From Spirochaetia bacterium (GTDB taxonomy: Bacteria; Spirochaetota; Spirochaetia; SZUA-6; Bin103), in assembly GCA_965208575.1 (NCBI GenBank), contig CBDBOV010000002.1, positions 608,001 through 672,000 of the forward strand: a DNA stretch of 64,000 nt, given 5' to 3'. Shown one piece after another: positions 1 to 9,064 of this stretch (within the stretch, counting starts at the first letter, position 1; each line of letters starts with the position of its first letter). A program made the translations under genes and the position numbers. The notes under the pieces were generated by a model that saw only the letters and a list, made by a program, of their open reading frames with translations, was not told the origin of the DNA and searched no databases.

Positions 1-90
1 CGCGAGTTCCTCGACGAGTGGTCCGATCAGCCGGTCCAGGTCAGGGATCTCGTCATTGAGCGTCAGGATGCGGTCGCGCCAGCGCTTTGA
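1..90 (+). CDS. 3' end of an unidentified gene running in from the left edge
   Basis: Open frame REFLDEWSDQPVQVRDLVIERQDAVAPAL ending TGA at 88-90, with host-like codon usage. Confidence 0.35.
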   Translation, partial: REFLDEWSDQPVQVRDLVIERQDAVAPAL

Positions 91-140
91 GCGCGATCTT
101 CGCCGAGGTAGTAACCGATTACAGAAAATGACCGAAATGA

Positions 141-905
141 TCAGCTCGAAAGACGTGCCGTAATCCTAAGCGAAGGCGCTGCGTACGCGGCGGCATGCGC
201 CAGAGTTCCAGGCGCAGCGCAAGAGTCACCTACCGGATATTCGGCACAATGCAGCACCACCATACCCAATCGGGACAGTTGTCCGACAACGCTTGATAGC
301 GAATGCATCCACTCGCGCGGACCGGGCTTCCTAATTATGCGATTTCCATCGGACCAGATCCATTTACGAATCGGCTTTCTCTCCGCTCCATCTTGAAATA
401 AGCTCCTCACAGAGTAGCCACGACCGTCCCAACTATCAACATCCAAGTTGGCTGCTCCCGGGTTTGCAAATTCCAAAACATACCAACCGCCGGGCTTAAG
501 CACATGTGCCACGCCACCGAACGACCTCCAGGGGTCCGGAACAAAATTGATGGACCACGCGTGCCAAACAAGGTTGAACGTATTCGCCGAAAACCGTTCA
601 AGCTCACGCATGTCCCCCAACTCTAGTTGAACATCGTATCCAAAGTGTAACGCCGCCTCCCGATCTCTCTCCAACTGATTCTCGGAAAAATCCAACACTG
701 TAACCCTGGATCCGAGTAGCCCGAACACAGCGCCATGCTGACCTCCTCCGCCGGCAAGGCAAAGCACGCTCGATCCTGTTACACACTCGTAAATATTTGC
801 CGTCCCATATATTTCCAAAGCACTGTCATATGTAAGCTCGAACCATGGCCTAGAGAAGCCAACACCAGCGGCGCTAAGAAGAAGCGATGGTCGTGGGCGT
901 TCCAA
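141..905 (-). CDS. Class I SAM-dependent methyltransferase (start uncertain)
   Basis: Motif I VLCLAGGGGQ, acidic VTVLDFS, GDM motif, LKPGG; visibly lower GC than the neighbouring nad DNA. Confidence 0.8.
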   Translation of the reverse strand: MERPRPSLLLSAAGVGFSRPWFELTYDSALEIYGTANIYECVTGSSVLCLAGGGGQHGAVFGLLGSRVTVLDFSENQLERDREAALHFGYDVQLELGDMRELERFSANTFNLVWHAWSINFVPDPWRSFGGVAHVLKPGGWYVLEFANPGAANLDVDSWDGRGYSVRSLFQDGAERKPIRKWIWSDGNRIIRKPGPREWMHSLSSVVGQLSRLGMVVLHCAEYPVGDSCAAPGTLAHAAAYAAPSLRITARLSS

Positions 906-955
906 GTGGTAACCGTGGGGATACGTATGGCAACTCTATAGGATACTTTAGTAAT

Positions 956-1513
956 AGCGACGTGTGCGTGACCTCGGCCAACGTGTACCGCATCATCGAG
1001 CGGCTGCCGCAGCGCGAGATCCTGTTCGTGCCCGACCGGCTGATGGCGGCCAACATCGCCCGCGAGATGGCGGCGCGCGGCATCGACAAGGTAATCCACA
1101 GCTCCGACGGCACCTGCCTGGTGCACGACCAGTTCACCGCCGGCGCCATCGAAGAGGCGCGCACACGGTTTCCGGGAGTCAAGGTGGTGAGCCACCCGGA
1201 GTGCACGCCGGAGGTGACCGCGGCCAGCGACTTCGTCGGCAGCACCGGCAAGATGATGGAGTACGTGCGCGACACCGACGCCACCTACTTCATGCTGCTC
1301 ACCGAGTGCGGCCTGGTGAGCCGGGTGGAGGTCGAGAACCCCGGCAAGCAGTTCGTCGGCTCCTGCCGCCTGTGCCCGCACATGAAGCGCAACAGCCTGC
1401 AGAAGATCCGCGACGTGCTGGTCGATCCGCAGCCGCACCAAATCATCGAGCTCGACGAGACGGTGCGGGTGGCGGCGCTGCGCTCCATCGACCGGATGTT
1501 CGAATTGACGTGA
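956..1513 (+). pseudogene. nadA: Quinolinate synthase NadA, C-terminal half only (5' truncated)
   Basis: DVCVTSAN, FVPD, GTCLVH, SHPEC, DFVGST, TECGL and CPHMK motifs; homology starts abruptly at 956 against AT-richer DNA. Confidence 0.85.
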
Positions 1514-1974
1514 TCCCGTTGTCGGCGCGGCGGGTCATCGAGACCGCCCTGGAGGAGGATCTGGGGCTGGGCGATGTCACCGGCAGCGCCGTGGTGCCGG
1601 CCGGCAGCGAGTGCCGGGTGGCGGTGGTGGCGCGCGAGGCGCTGGTGGTGTGCGGCGCCGAGATCGCCGCCGCCGTGTTCTGGCGCCTCGACGCCGACCT
1701 GAACGTGGAGCCGGCGCTCGCCGACGGCGCCGACGCCGGCCCCGGCGACCGCGTGCTGTACGTTTCGGGCGCCGCGCGGCCGATCCTGGCGGCAGAGCGC
1801 ACCGCCCTCAACCTGCTGCAGCACCTGTCCGGCATCGCCACCACGACCCGCGCCTATGCCGACCGGCTGCGCGGCACCGCGGCGGCGGTGTGCGACACGC
1901 GCAAGACCACGCCCGGCCTGCGCGAGCTGGAGAAGTACGCGGTGCGCTGCGGCGGCGGGCGCAACCACCGCGCC
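1510..1974 (+). pseudogene. nadC: Nicotinate-nucleotide pyrophosphorylase NadC, N-terminal part
   Basis: ALEEDLGLGDVT, ERTALNLLQHLSGIATTT, DTRKTTPGLRELEKYAVRCGGGRNHR; GTG overlaps the nadA stop. Confidence 0.88.
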
Positions 1975-2942
1975 GTGGACGCCATCGTGCGCGACGGGCC
2001 GCGCTTGGTGCGCGAGCTGCTGATCGACGACCTGCAGGTGGCGTTCGACCGCGACGCCGGCGGCGCGCTCCGCTTCACCCGCGAGGCGTCGCACTCCCGG
2101 CACCGCATCATCTACGCCAAGGACCATACCGGGCGCGCCATTCTGACCGCCCTGCACCGGCGGCTGGCGGAGCTGGCCGCGGCCGGCACCCTGCCCGGCG
2201 GCGGCAGCCTGACCGTGGCCACCGGCTGCTTCGCCGTCGACCTGCTCACCCTGTCGCACAGCTCGGTGGACTTCCTGGACCGCTACCGGCCGCTGAGCTG
2301 CATCGGCGCGCACGTACTGGACGTGGCCGCCGGCGAGGTGCGTCCGATCATGGCCAAGAAGACCGTCCTGGCCACCGGCGGCCTCGGCCAGGTCTACCTG
2401 CACAGCACCAACGACGCCGGCGCCTACGGCCACGGCGTGGCGATGGCCTACCGGGTCGGCGCGCGCGTCATCAACATGGAGTACGTGCAGTTCCATCCCA
2501 CCGTGTTCCACCGCCGCGGCGAGCGCCCGTTCCTGATCTCGGAGGCGGTGCGCGGCGAGGGCGGCGTGCTGATCAACCAGCAGGGCGAGGCCTTCATGGA
2601 GCGCTACCATCGCGACGGCTCGCTGGCGCCGCGCGACGTGATCTCCCGCTCCATCCACTCCGAGCTGCTGCGCGGGGCCAGCGACACCGTGTACATCGAC
2701 TTGGCCGGCGTCGACGCCGACTATGCGCGGCGCCGCTTCCCCACTATCAACGCCCGCCTGCTGGCCGCCGGCGTCGACATGACCCGCGAGCCGATCCCGG
2801 TGGTGCCGGCGGCGCACTACTCGTGCGGCGGCATCCACACCGACATGGCCGGCGACACCAACATCGCCCACCTGAGCGCCATTGGCGAGACCGCCTGCAC
2901 CGGCCTGCACGGCGCCAACCGGCTGGCCAGCACCACCGCGCC
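1964..2942 (+). repeat. 11-bp direct repeat ACCACCGCGCC at 1964-1974 and 2932-2942, flanking the nadB insert
   Basis: Identical 11-mer read at both junctions, 968 bp apart. Confidence 0.9.
1975..2934 (+). pseudogene. nadB: L-aspartate oxidase NadB, internal segment nested in nadC
   Basis: TREASHSRHRII, LATGG, NMEYVQFHPT, LISEAVRGEGG, LAPRDVISR, PVVPAAHYSCGGI, GETACTGLHGANRLAST; lacks the N-terminal FAD-binding GxGxxG. Confidence 0.88.
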
Positions 2943-3026
2943 TCGCTGGCCGACTGCGTCATGATCAAGGACAACCACATCGCGGTGGCCGGCGGCGTCG
3001 CCGCCGCGGTACGGCGCGCCCGCTGA
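2932..3026 (+). pseudogene. nadC: NadC continuation fragment
   Basis: HRASLADCVMIKDNHIAVAGGVAAAVRRAR, the canonical IKDNH motif that directly follows GGGxNHR in NadC. Confidence 0.85.
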
Positions 3027-3054
3027 GCGCGTAGGAGTCGCTCTTGAAGTCGGC
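3022..3054 (-). pseudogene. nadA: Tiny inverted NadA N-terminal fragment
   Basis: ADFKSDSYALS resembles the NadA ADFxGDS(Y/L)xLS motif. Confidence 0.55.
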
Positions 3055-3140
3055 GCAGCGCGCATGGCGGAGGCATGCCGCGTCCTGCGTGACGCGCTCG
3101 GTTGTTGACGCCGCGCGGCGACATCCTGATTCAGGTGCGG

Positions 3141-3453
3141 TCAGGGGCGCGGGCGGGTGCGGTCGAGGGAGTCGTTGCGGTAGTGGCAGCCGGCGCTGCG
3201 CGGGTTGCGCAAGGCGGCGTAGGTGATCAGCAGCGCGGTCTGCACGGCGTTGCGCAGCGCCAGCAGGCGCGGGGTGAGGGCGTTGTCGGCGTAGAAGCCG
3301 TCGATCTCGCTCTTCAGCTCGCGCAGCATGTTGCCGGCGCGGTCCAGGCGCTTGGCGGTGCGCACCAGCCCGACGTAGTGCCACATGGTGTTGCGGATCA
3401 CGCCCAGATCCTGGGTGATCAGTTCGTCGTCCGGCTCGGCGGACGCCATCTCT
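3141..3453 (-). pseudogene. nadB: NadB C-terminal helical domain, inverted
   Basis: IRNTMWHYVGLVRT, LRNAVQTALLITYAALRNPRSAGCHYR. Confidence 0.85.
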
Positions 3454-3746
3454 GCGCCGCGCAACCGATCGTCACCGGCATCATGGCAAACAACAACCAG
3501 AACCGTACGCTGAGTAATCGGCAACGTGGTCAACGCAACGAGCAAGCGCATGCGGAATCGCGGCTCGCCCAAGGTGAACGGGCAGACCCTTGTCGGCATT
3601 TCGAAACTCGTCCTTGGCTGAAACTTCGCTCCGTTCGGCTGACGCGAGAGCCGCATCTGTGGCACAGTGACAACTGAGAGTTCTCGTGAACATGTGTCGC
3701 AAACCAAGCCGATCTTGTCGGCAGGTGAACCACTCCGAGTAGTACC

Positions 3747-4154
3747 ATGCAAGTCGAGACTCTGCGGCGCAGACTCCGCGTGCTGGTCGCCAAGACCCCG
3801 GTGGTAGGCGTTGTCCTGTCCGTCGCCACCCTGTACGGACTGTGGCTGGTGGCGACCACGACAGCCGTCCCGGAGCTCATTTCGGCGACGGCGCAACCGT
3901 CGGACAACGGCGTGTTCTTCGCCGATTTCCCTACCACGCCCGGCACCTCCATAGTGCGCGTATCGATCGTCGACGGCAACGGAGAGAGATTCGAGGCGAA
4001 GCTGCTCCGTCGCGAGAGCACGACGGCACGAACCCAGATCTGGGCCCGCTCGGACGGCCGGATCGCAACACCGGGCGCCACTATGGAACTTGCCGTAGGT
4101 GAGCGATCTTTGCTCAGCTACGCCGTTGCGGTGCTGTTTCGGCGGGACGAATGA
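3747..4154 (+). CDS. Small membrane-anchored protein with HlyD/MFP-like C-terminus
   Basis: N-terminal TM helix; C-terminal PGATMELAVGERSLLSY resembles HlyD PGMxxxxEIxxGxRxxLSY; ATGA overlap with the next gene. Confidence 0.55.
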   Translation: MQVETLRRRLRVLVAKTPVVGVVLSVATLYGLWLVATTTAVPELISATAQPSDNGVFFADFPTTPGTSIVRVSIVDGNGERFEAKLLRRESTTARTQIWARSDGRIATPGATMELAVGERSLLSYAVAVLFRRDE

Positions 4155-5911
4155 GCTCGGATCTCGAGCCCGCCGACAGAGCGGAGTACCGAAGCCGCTT
4201 GGCGTTCGCCTGGTGGATAGCGCGCGGCGACCGCATGGCGTGGGTTACGTCGCTGGTCAACGCCCTGTTCACCCACTTCTTCCGTGCTCTGCTGCCCATC
4301 GTGTACGCGCTCGTCGTCGATCAGGTTATGACCCACCGCGATCTGTCGCTGGTCCCGGCGCTGGCGTTGTGCTTCGCGATGATGCTAGGCGCGAACGAAG
4401 GGTTGTTCGCCATCGGCCACGTCTCCTGGGTCTACAAGGTCACCGACTTCGACGCCAAGGTACGTCGGCGCATATTCCACCGCATTCTCTCGGCCAGGAG
4501 CGAGTCACTCGAACGCCGGAAGACCGGGGACTTGGCCGAGACGGTCGAGGCCGATGCGCAGCAGATCACTTGGTACGTCGACGTGTTCGGCATCTGGATA
4601 CCGGACGCGTTCATCGGTCTGGTCATCGCGTTGCTGTTCATGGGAGCCATCAGTCCGCTCCTGGCGCTCCTGGCCGCCATAGCGGCACCCCTTACCGCTT
4701 TCCTGTCCCATTTGATTGGACTGCGCGGGCGCCGCGTAGCCGACGCCTATCGCACTCGGTACGGCGGCTACTCAAGCTGGCTGTTCGAGATCATTCGCGG
4801 CGCGGCCGACCTTCAGCAGATGGGAGCCACCACCACCGTGGCGCGCTGGCTGGTGGCCCGACTGCGGGGGTTGATCCACCTCAAGGTGAGGCAGTCTCTG
4901 GTGGAGCTTTCCTCGGAGCGGGTTCGCGAACTGGTCGCGACAGTGCTGGAGATTGCCTTTTTCGTGGCGGTCAGTGCGCTGGTACTGTCCGACCGGCTGA
5001 CGATCGGCGGATACATCGCGGCGGCGACCTACTTCCTGACCGCCCGCGCCGAGCTCAGCGAGATCAGCGACGACCTGTTCGGGATGCGCATCTACTCGGT
5101 CGGGGTGGACCGAATCCGCGAGGTGTTGGATCTGCCGCCCGAGCACGACCGCGGTCCGGCCCTCGACGCTGCCCCGCGAGCGGTAGTCTTCGATGACGTC
5201 CGGTTTCGTTACCGCCGGGACGTTCCGGTGCTGGACGGCATCTCATTGCGGGTCGAGCCGGGAGAGCAGGTGGCGATCGTCGGCGGCAGCGGCGCCGGCA
5301 AGTCGTCGATTGTTACGCTGCTCGCACGGTTGCGTGACCCCGATACCGGCTCGGTCATGATCGGTGACCATGACATCGCACACTATTCCCGCACGTCGGT
5401 GCGCAGATGGTTCGGATTCGTGCAGCACGATCCGCTGATATTCAGCGACACGGTGCGCGCCAACCTCTGTCTGGAGCCGAGTGAGGATACCGGCGGTGTC
5501 GCCGACGAGTTGCTGTGGGAGGCCTGCCGGGTTGCGCAGATCAGTGACACCGTGCGCACCTTCGAGGACGGCCTGGACACGTCTATCGGATCCGAAGGGC
5601 GTACGCTTTCGGCGGGCGAGAAGCAGCGGCTGGAGCTGGCCCGGGTGCTGCTCCGGCAACCGACCGTGCTGGTGATCGACGAGGGGCTTTCCGCCGTCGA
5701 TCCCGACACCGAGCGCTCCATCTACCGCGGGCTGTTCGGTGCCGACCAGCGATGGTCGACCATCATCATCGCCCATCGGCTCAGTTCGATCATCGATTGT
5801 AAGCGCATCATGGTCCTGGACGGCGGGGTTATCGCCGCAACCGGTTCGCACCATACACTGATGCGTGGTTGCGCAGCCTATCAGCGGCTCTTCCGGGAGC
5901 AGACCGAGTGA
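4151..5911 (+). CDS. ABC exporter, fused TMD+NBD
   Basis: N-terminal TM domain, Walker A GGSGAGKS, LSAGEKQR signature, LVIDE, IAHR. Confidence 0.92.
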   Translation: MSSDLEPADRAEYRSRLAFAWWIARGDRMAWVTSLVNALFTHFFRALLPIVYALVVDQVMTHRDLSLVPALALCFAMMLGANEGLFAIGHVSWVYKVTDFDAKVRRRIFHRILSARSESLERRKTGDLAETVEADAQQITWYVDVFGIWIPDAFIGLVIALLFMGAISPLLALLAAIAAPLTAFLSHLIGLRGRRVADAYRTRYGGYSSWLFEIIRGAADLQQMGATTTVARWLVARLRGLIHLKVRQSLVELSSERVRELVATVLEIAFFVAVSALVLSDRLTIGGYIAAATYFLTARAELSEISDDLFGMRIYSVGVDRIREVLDLPPEHDRGPALDAAPRAVVFDDVRFRYRRDVPVLDGISLRVEPGEQVAIVGGSGAGKSSIVTLLARLRDPDTGSVMIGDHDIAHYSRTSVRRWFGFVQHDPLIFSDTVRANLCLEPSEDTGGVADELLWEACRVAQISDTVRTFEDGLDTSIGSEGRTLSAGEKQRLELARVLLRQPTVLVIDEGLSAVDPDTERSIYRGLFGADQRWSTIIIAHRLSSIIDCKRIMVLDGGVIAATGSHHTLMRGCAAYQRLFREQTE

Positions 5912-7638
5912 ATACCGGGGCTTCCGAACTCGCAGCGGACGTGGCCAAGGTGGCGCTGCGGCCCGCGCGTTCGTTGGCCGTGTTACTGGTGGTGCTGAAG
6001 GGCCTGCTGGTGGTCACCGCGTTGATCCCGCCGGCGCTGACCGGGCTGATCGTAGACGAGGTTCTGGTCGGCCGGAACGTGGATCGCCTCTGGCTGCTGC
6101 TCGGCACCTTCGTCGTCGTATACGTGGTCGAGACCGTATTCAAGGCGGGGGAGATCTGGGTGCAGAACCGCGCCGTCCACCGCGTGGTTTTCCGCCACAG
6201 GATGCACGTATTCCGTTCCATCCAGCGGCTCCCATGGCGCGAGCTGATGCATCATGCCCCCGGCGAGCTGCTCAAACGCGTGGAAGACGACACCGAAGAA
6301 CTGGGCGCGCTGCTGCTGCAGCGGATCGAGCGCATTTTCAACTGGTGTCTCATCGTGGTCGGGGGCGTGGTCTGCGTCGCCATGAGTTGGCAGCTTGCGC
6401 TGGCGGCCTCCGCGCTCACCGCCGGCCTCTGGCTGGTCGGACGGTGGATCAAACGGCAAGCCGGCGTTCGCAGCCGTGCGCACCGGGAAGCGATGGGAAG
6501 GTGGTCCGCTTGGTTGCACGAGTCGCTGCTCGGTTGGCGCGAGGTGCGCATGCTGGCGATCGAGAACGCACAGAGCGCGAAGATGGCGGCTTGGCTGCGC
6601 AGAATCAACCGGCTGCGCGGGGCCAGCCACACGTTCACCTACCTGCAACACGCCATCGGGCGCCTGCAGGAGCACTACGTGTCACAGGCAACGCTCTACT
6701 TTCTCGGCGGCGTACTGATCTTCGCCGGGTCACTGACCTTGGGCGGGTTGATTGCCTTCATGCGCTACTTCGTACGCGTCCTCGATGCGGCGGACCGCAT
6801 CAATGCACTGAACGCCGAGTTGGGTGACCTGCAGCCGCGCCTGCAGCGCTCCTTTGAGGTTGCCGAGTGGCAGCTGATTCCACCTCCGGGGGCGCGCATC
6901 GATCCGTCTCGCGTACCCGACATCGAATTGCGTGACGTGGCCCTCGGGTACGACGGTGCCGAGCCTGTTCTGCGGAGCGTCGACTGCTTTATCCCCGCCG
7001 GCAGCCGTGTGGCGATCGTCGGTGCGTCCGGCAGCGGCAAGTCCACCATCGCACGCATCGTTGCCGGGCAGCAGTTGCCCACTTCGGGCGAGTTACGAAT
7101 CGGCGGCCACCGGTTGCGCTCGGCCGACATCATGCGGGCGCTGGGGAACGCAATTCTGATTGGCCAGGACAGTGTCGTCTACAATATGTCGATCAGGGAC
7201 AATCTCCTGCTGGCGCGCCCGGGCAGCACAGACGGCGAGCTGATGGCGGTCTGCGCCGATGCCCGGCTCCGGGAACTCGTCGAGCGCCTGCCCGGAGGTC
7301 TGGACGCCGTCGTCGGCGAGCGCGGGCGCCAGCTCTCGGCCGGTGAACGGCAGCGGCTCATTCTCGCCCGTACCATGTTGCTCGATCGTCCGATTTTGGT
7401 TCTCGATGAAGCGATGTCGCAACTGGACGACGCCACCGCACGGTCCATCAATCAGAAACTGCTCTTCGAGCGCTACCGGGGAACGGTGATCGTCATCGCC
7501 CACCGGGTGAGCACGATCATCGATTTGCCACGGATATTGGTCCTCGACGGCGGCCGGTTCACAGCGGACGGGCGCCACGCCGAGTTGCTGCACACCAGCG
7601 AGGAATACCGCACCCTTTTTTCATCGGAACCCGAGTAA
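5908..7638 (+). CDS. ABC exporter, fused TMD+NBD (likely heterodimer partner)
   Basis: GASGSGKST, LSAGERQR, LVLDE, IAHR; GTG overlaps the upstream stop. Confidence 0.92.
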   Translation: MNTGASELAADVAKVALRPARSLAVLLVVLKGLLVVTALIPPALTGLIVDEVLVGRNVDRLWLLLGTFVVVYVVETVFKAGEIWVQNRAVHRVVFRHRMHVFRSIQRLPWRELMHHAPGELLKRVEDDTEELGALLLQRIERIFNWCLIVVGGVVCVAMSWQLALAASALTAGLWLVGRWIKRQAGVRSRAHREAMGRWSAWLHESLLGWREVRMLAIENAQSAKMAAWLRRINRLRGASHTFTYLQHAIGRLQEHYVSQATLYFLGGVLIFAGSLTLGGLIAFMRYFVRVLDAADRINALNAELGDLQPRLQRSFEVAEWQLIPPPGARIDPSRVPDIELRDVALGYDGAEPVLRSVDCFIPAGSRVAIVGASGSGKSTIARIVAGQQLPTSGELRIGGHRLRSADIMRALGNAILIGQDSVVYNMSIRDNLLLARPGSTDGELMAVCADARLRELVERLPGGLDAVVGERGRQLSAGERQRLILARTMLLDRPILVLDEAMSQLDDATARSINQKLLFERYRGTVIVIAHRVSTIIDLPRILVLDGGRFTADGRHAELLHTSEEYRTLFSSEPE

Positions 7639-7644
7639 GACACG

Positions 7645-8367
7645 CTACAGTCCTCGCAACCAGCCGCCGTCAACCGGGAGGTTGACCCCCGTGAGGTAGG
7701 AGCCCGCGGGGCTGCAAAGGAAAGAAACCACCTGCGCGACTTCGGCATGGGTGGCGGCGCGCGACAGGGGAATCTCGGCCGAGCGCCAGTTGCTGTTTGG
7801 GTCGAGCACCACCCACGGCAGTACCGAGTTGACGCGGATGCGGTCGGCTGCCAGCCGGCGCGCGAGCAGTTTGGTAAGCGCGCTTAACGCGGCGCGCATG
7901 GAGCCGCCGATAGGGAACATCAGGGTTGGTTCCAGCCCGTCCGCGGCCGAGATGTTGACGATCGCGCCGCCGCCGGCCTCGCGCAGCAGGGGTATCGCCG
8001 CGCGCGAGAGCCTCAAGACGCTCATGAACAACAACTCGAACGAGTCCAGCCACGCAGCGTCCGGCAGCGTCAGCGGATCGCCTTTGGGGGGGTCGCCGGC
8101 GTTGTTCACCAGGACGTCCAGTCGGCCCCAGCGCTCGCCCACCGCATCGATCAGGCGGGCGATGTCCGGCGGCCGCGTCAAGTCGCCTCGCAGCACCAAG
8201 CCGTCGACTTCCTTGGCTACGGCGTGCACCCGTTCGCTGCGGGCCATCAGGGCAACCTCATACCCTTCGGTGGCGAGTTGCTTGGCACAGGCCGCCCCGA
8301 TGCCGCGGCTCGCCGCCGTCACTATCGCAACCCTTTGGTGTCCACATTCATTTTCGTTCGCCATCAC
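7645..8367 (-). CDS. SDR family oxidoreductase (atypical active site)
   Basis: TAASRGIG, LVNNAG, SYLTGVNLPVDGG; no YxxxK. Confidence 0.88.
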   Translation of the reverse strand: MMANENECGHQRVAIVTAASRGIGAACAKQLATEGYEVALMARSERVHAVAKEVDGLVLRGDLTRPPDIARLIDAVGERWGRLDVLVNNAGDPPKGDPLTLPDAAWLDSFELLFMSVLRLSRAAIPLLREAGGGAIVNISAADGLEPTLMFPIGGSMRAALSALTKLLARRLAADRIRVNSVLPWVVLDPNSNWRSAEIPLSRAATHAEVAQVVSFLCSPAGSYLTGVNLPVDGGWLRGL

Positions 8368-9064
8368 TTCCTCCCAATCCTGGCAGTAGGGCTGGACGAG
8401 CCCGCAAGTTCGATCCTTATGCCGATCAGTTCCTCAGAGACGTGATACTAACTCAATTGAACTCACCAACTGATCCTCAGCATTAATCCGCCGCTGTAGC
8501 CCCAAACCGGCAACGACTCTGACCACAACGCGGCCCGGGAGCGGGAACTCAGAGACCAGCTTACTTGTTGAACGCTCCATCGATCCAGAGGGCGCATGTC
8601 GTCAATGTCGCCAAAATTGCCGTCCAATCGAGAGACTGATATCCTGTATGAGGCAGTGCGTTGTCCCCTTGTCCGCGGCGTGTTGTTCGGAGCTTTCCCG
8701 GTCGCGACGCTTCGGCTACGCGTACACGCGGGGATGGGGATAAAGAGGGGGCCGAGGGGCCGTCGTGGCGTGGCGGATTTACGGGTTGGACCGCAAGTAG
8801 CGGGGTCGCGAGTGGCCTACTAGCTACGGTCGGCAGTAGAAAGCGCCGAGCCCACAGCGGCGTGGCGGGATACCGGCGATTGGAGGACAACGGCAGGACG
8901 CGGCTACTCGTTTAGTCGCCATTGCGGTAGGTCATGTCCTTATAGGAAACTTCACGCTCGCTTACCAGGAGGCGCGTGATCTGTGTTGGTGCACGGTTGA
9001 GGCGCCGCGCAAGCCAATCTACGACCTCCGGTAACTGGGCGATATGTGTAGAAACGTAGAAAAC

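Noticed and set aside
964-2964. 666-aa ORF as a genuine NadC-NadB fusion enzyme
   Set aside because: Both parts lack essential domains, the first 182 codons are an alternative frame of nadA, and the ORF is a by-product of the rearrangement.
8368-9064. Short ORFs or an ncRNA between the SDR and GH95 genes
   Set aside because: Only short unrecognisable frames (for example 8434-8580 minus and a remnant ending at 8912), with no supportable motif.
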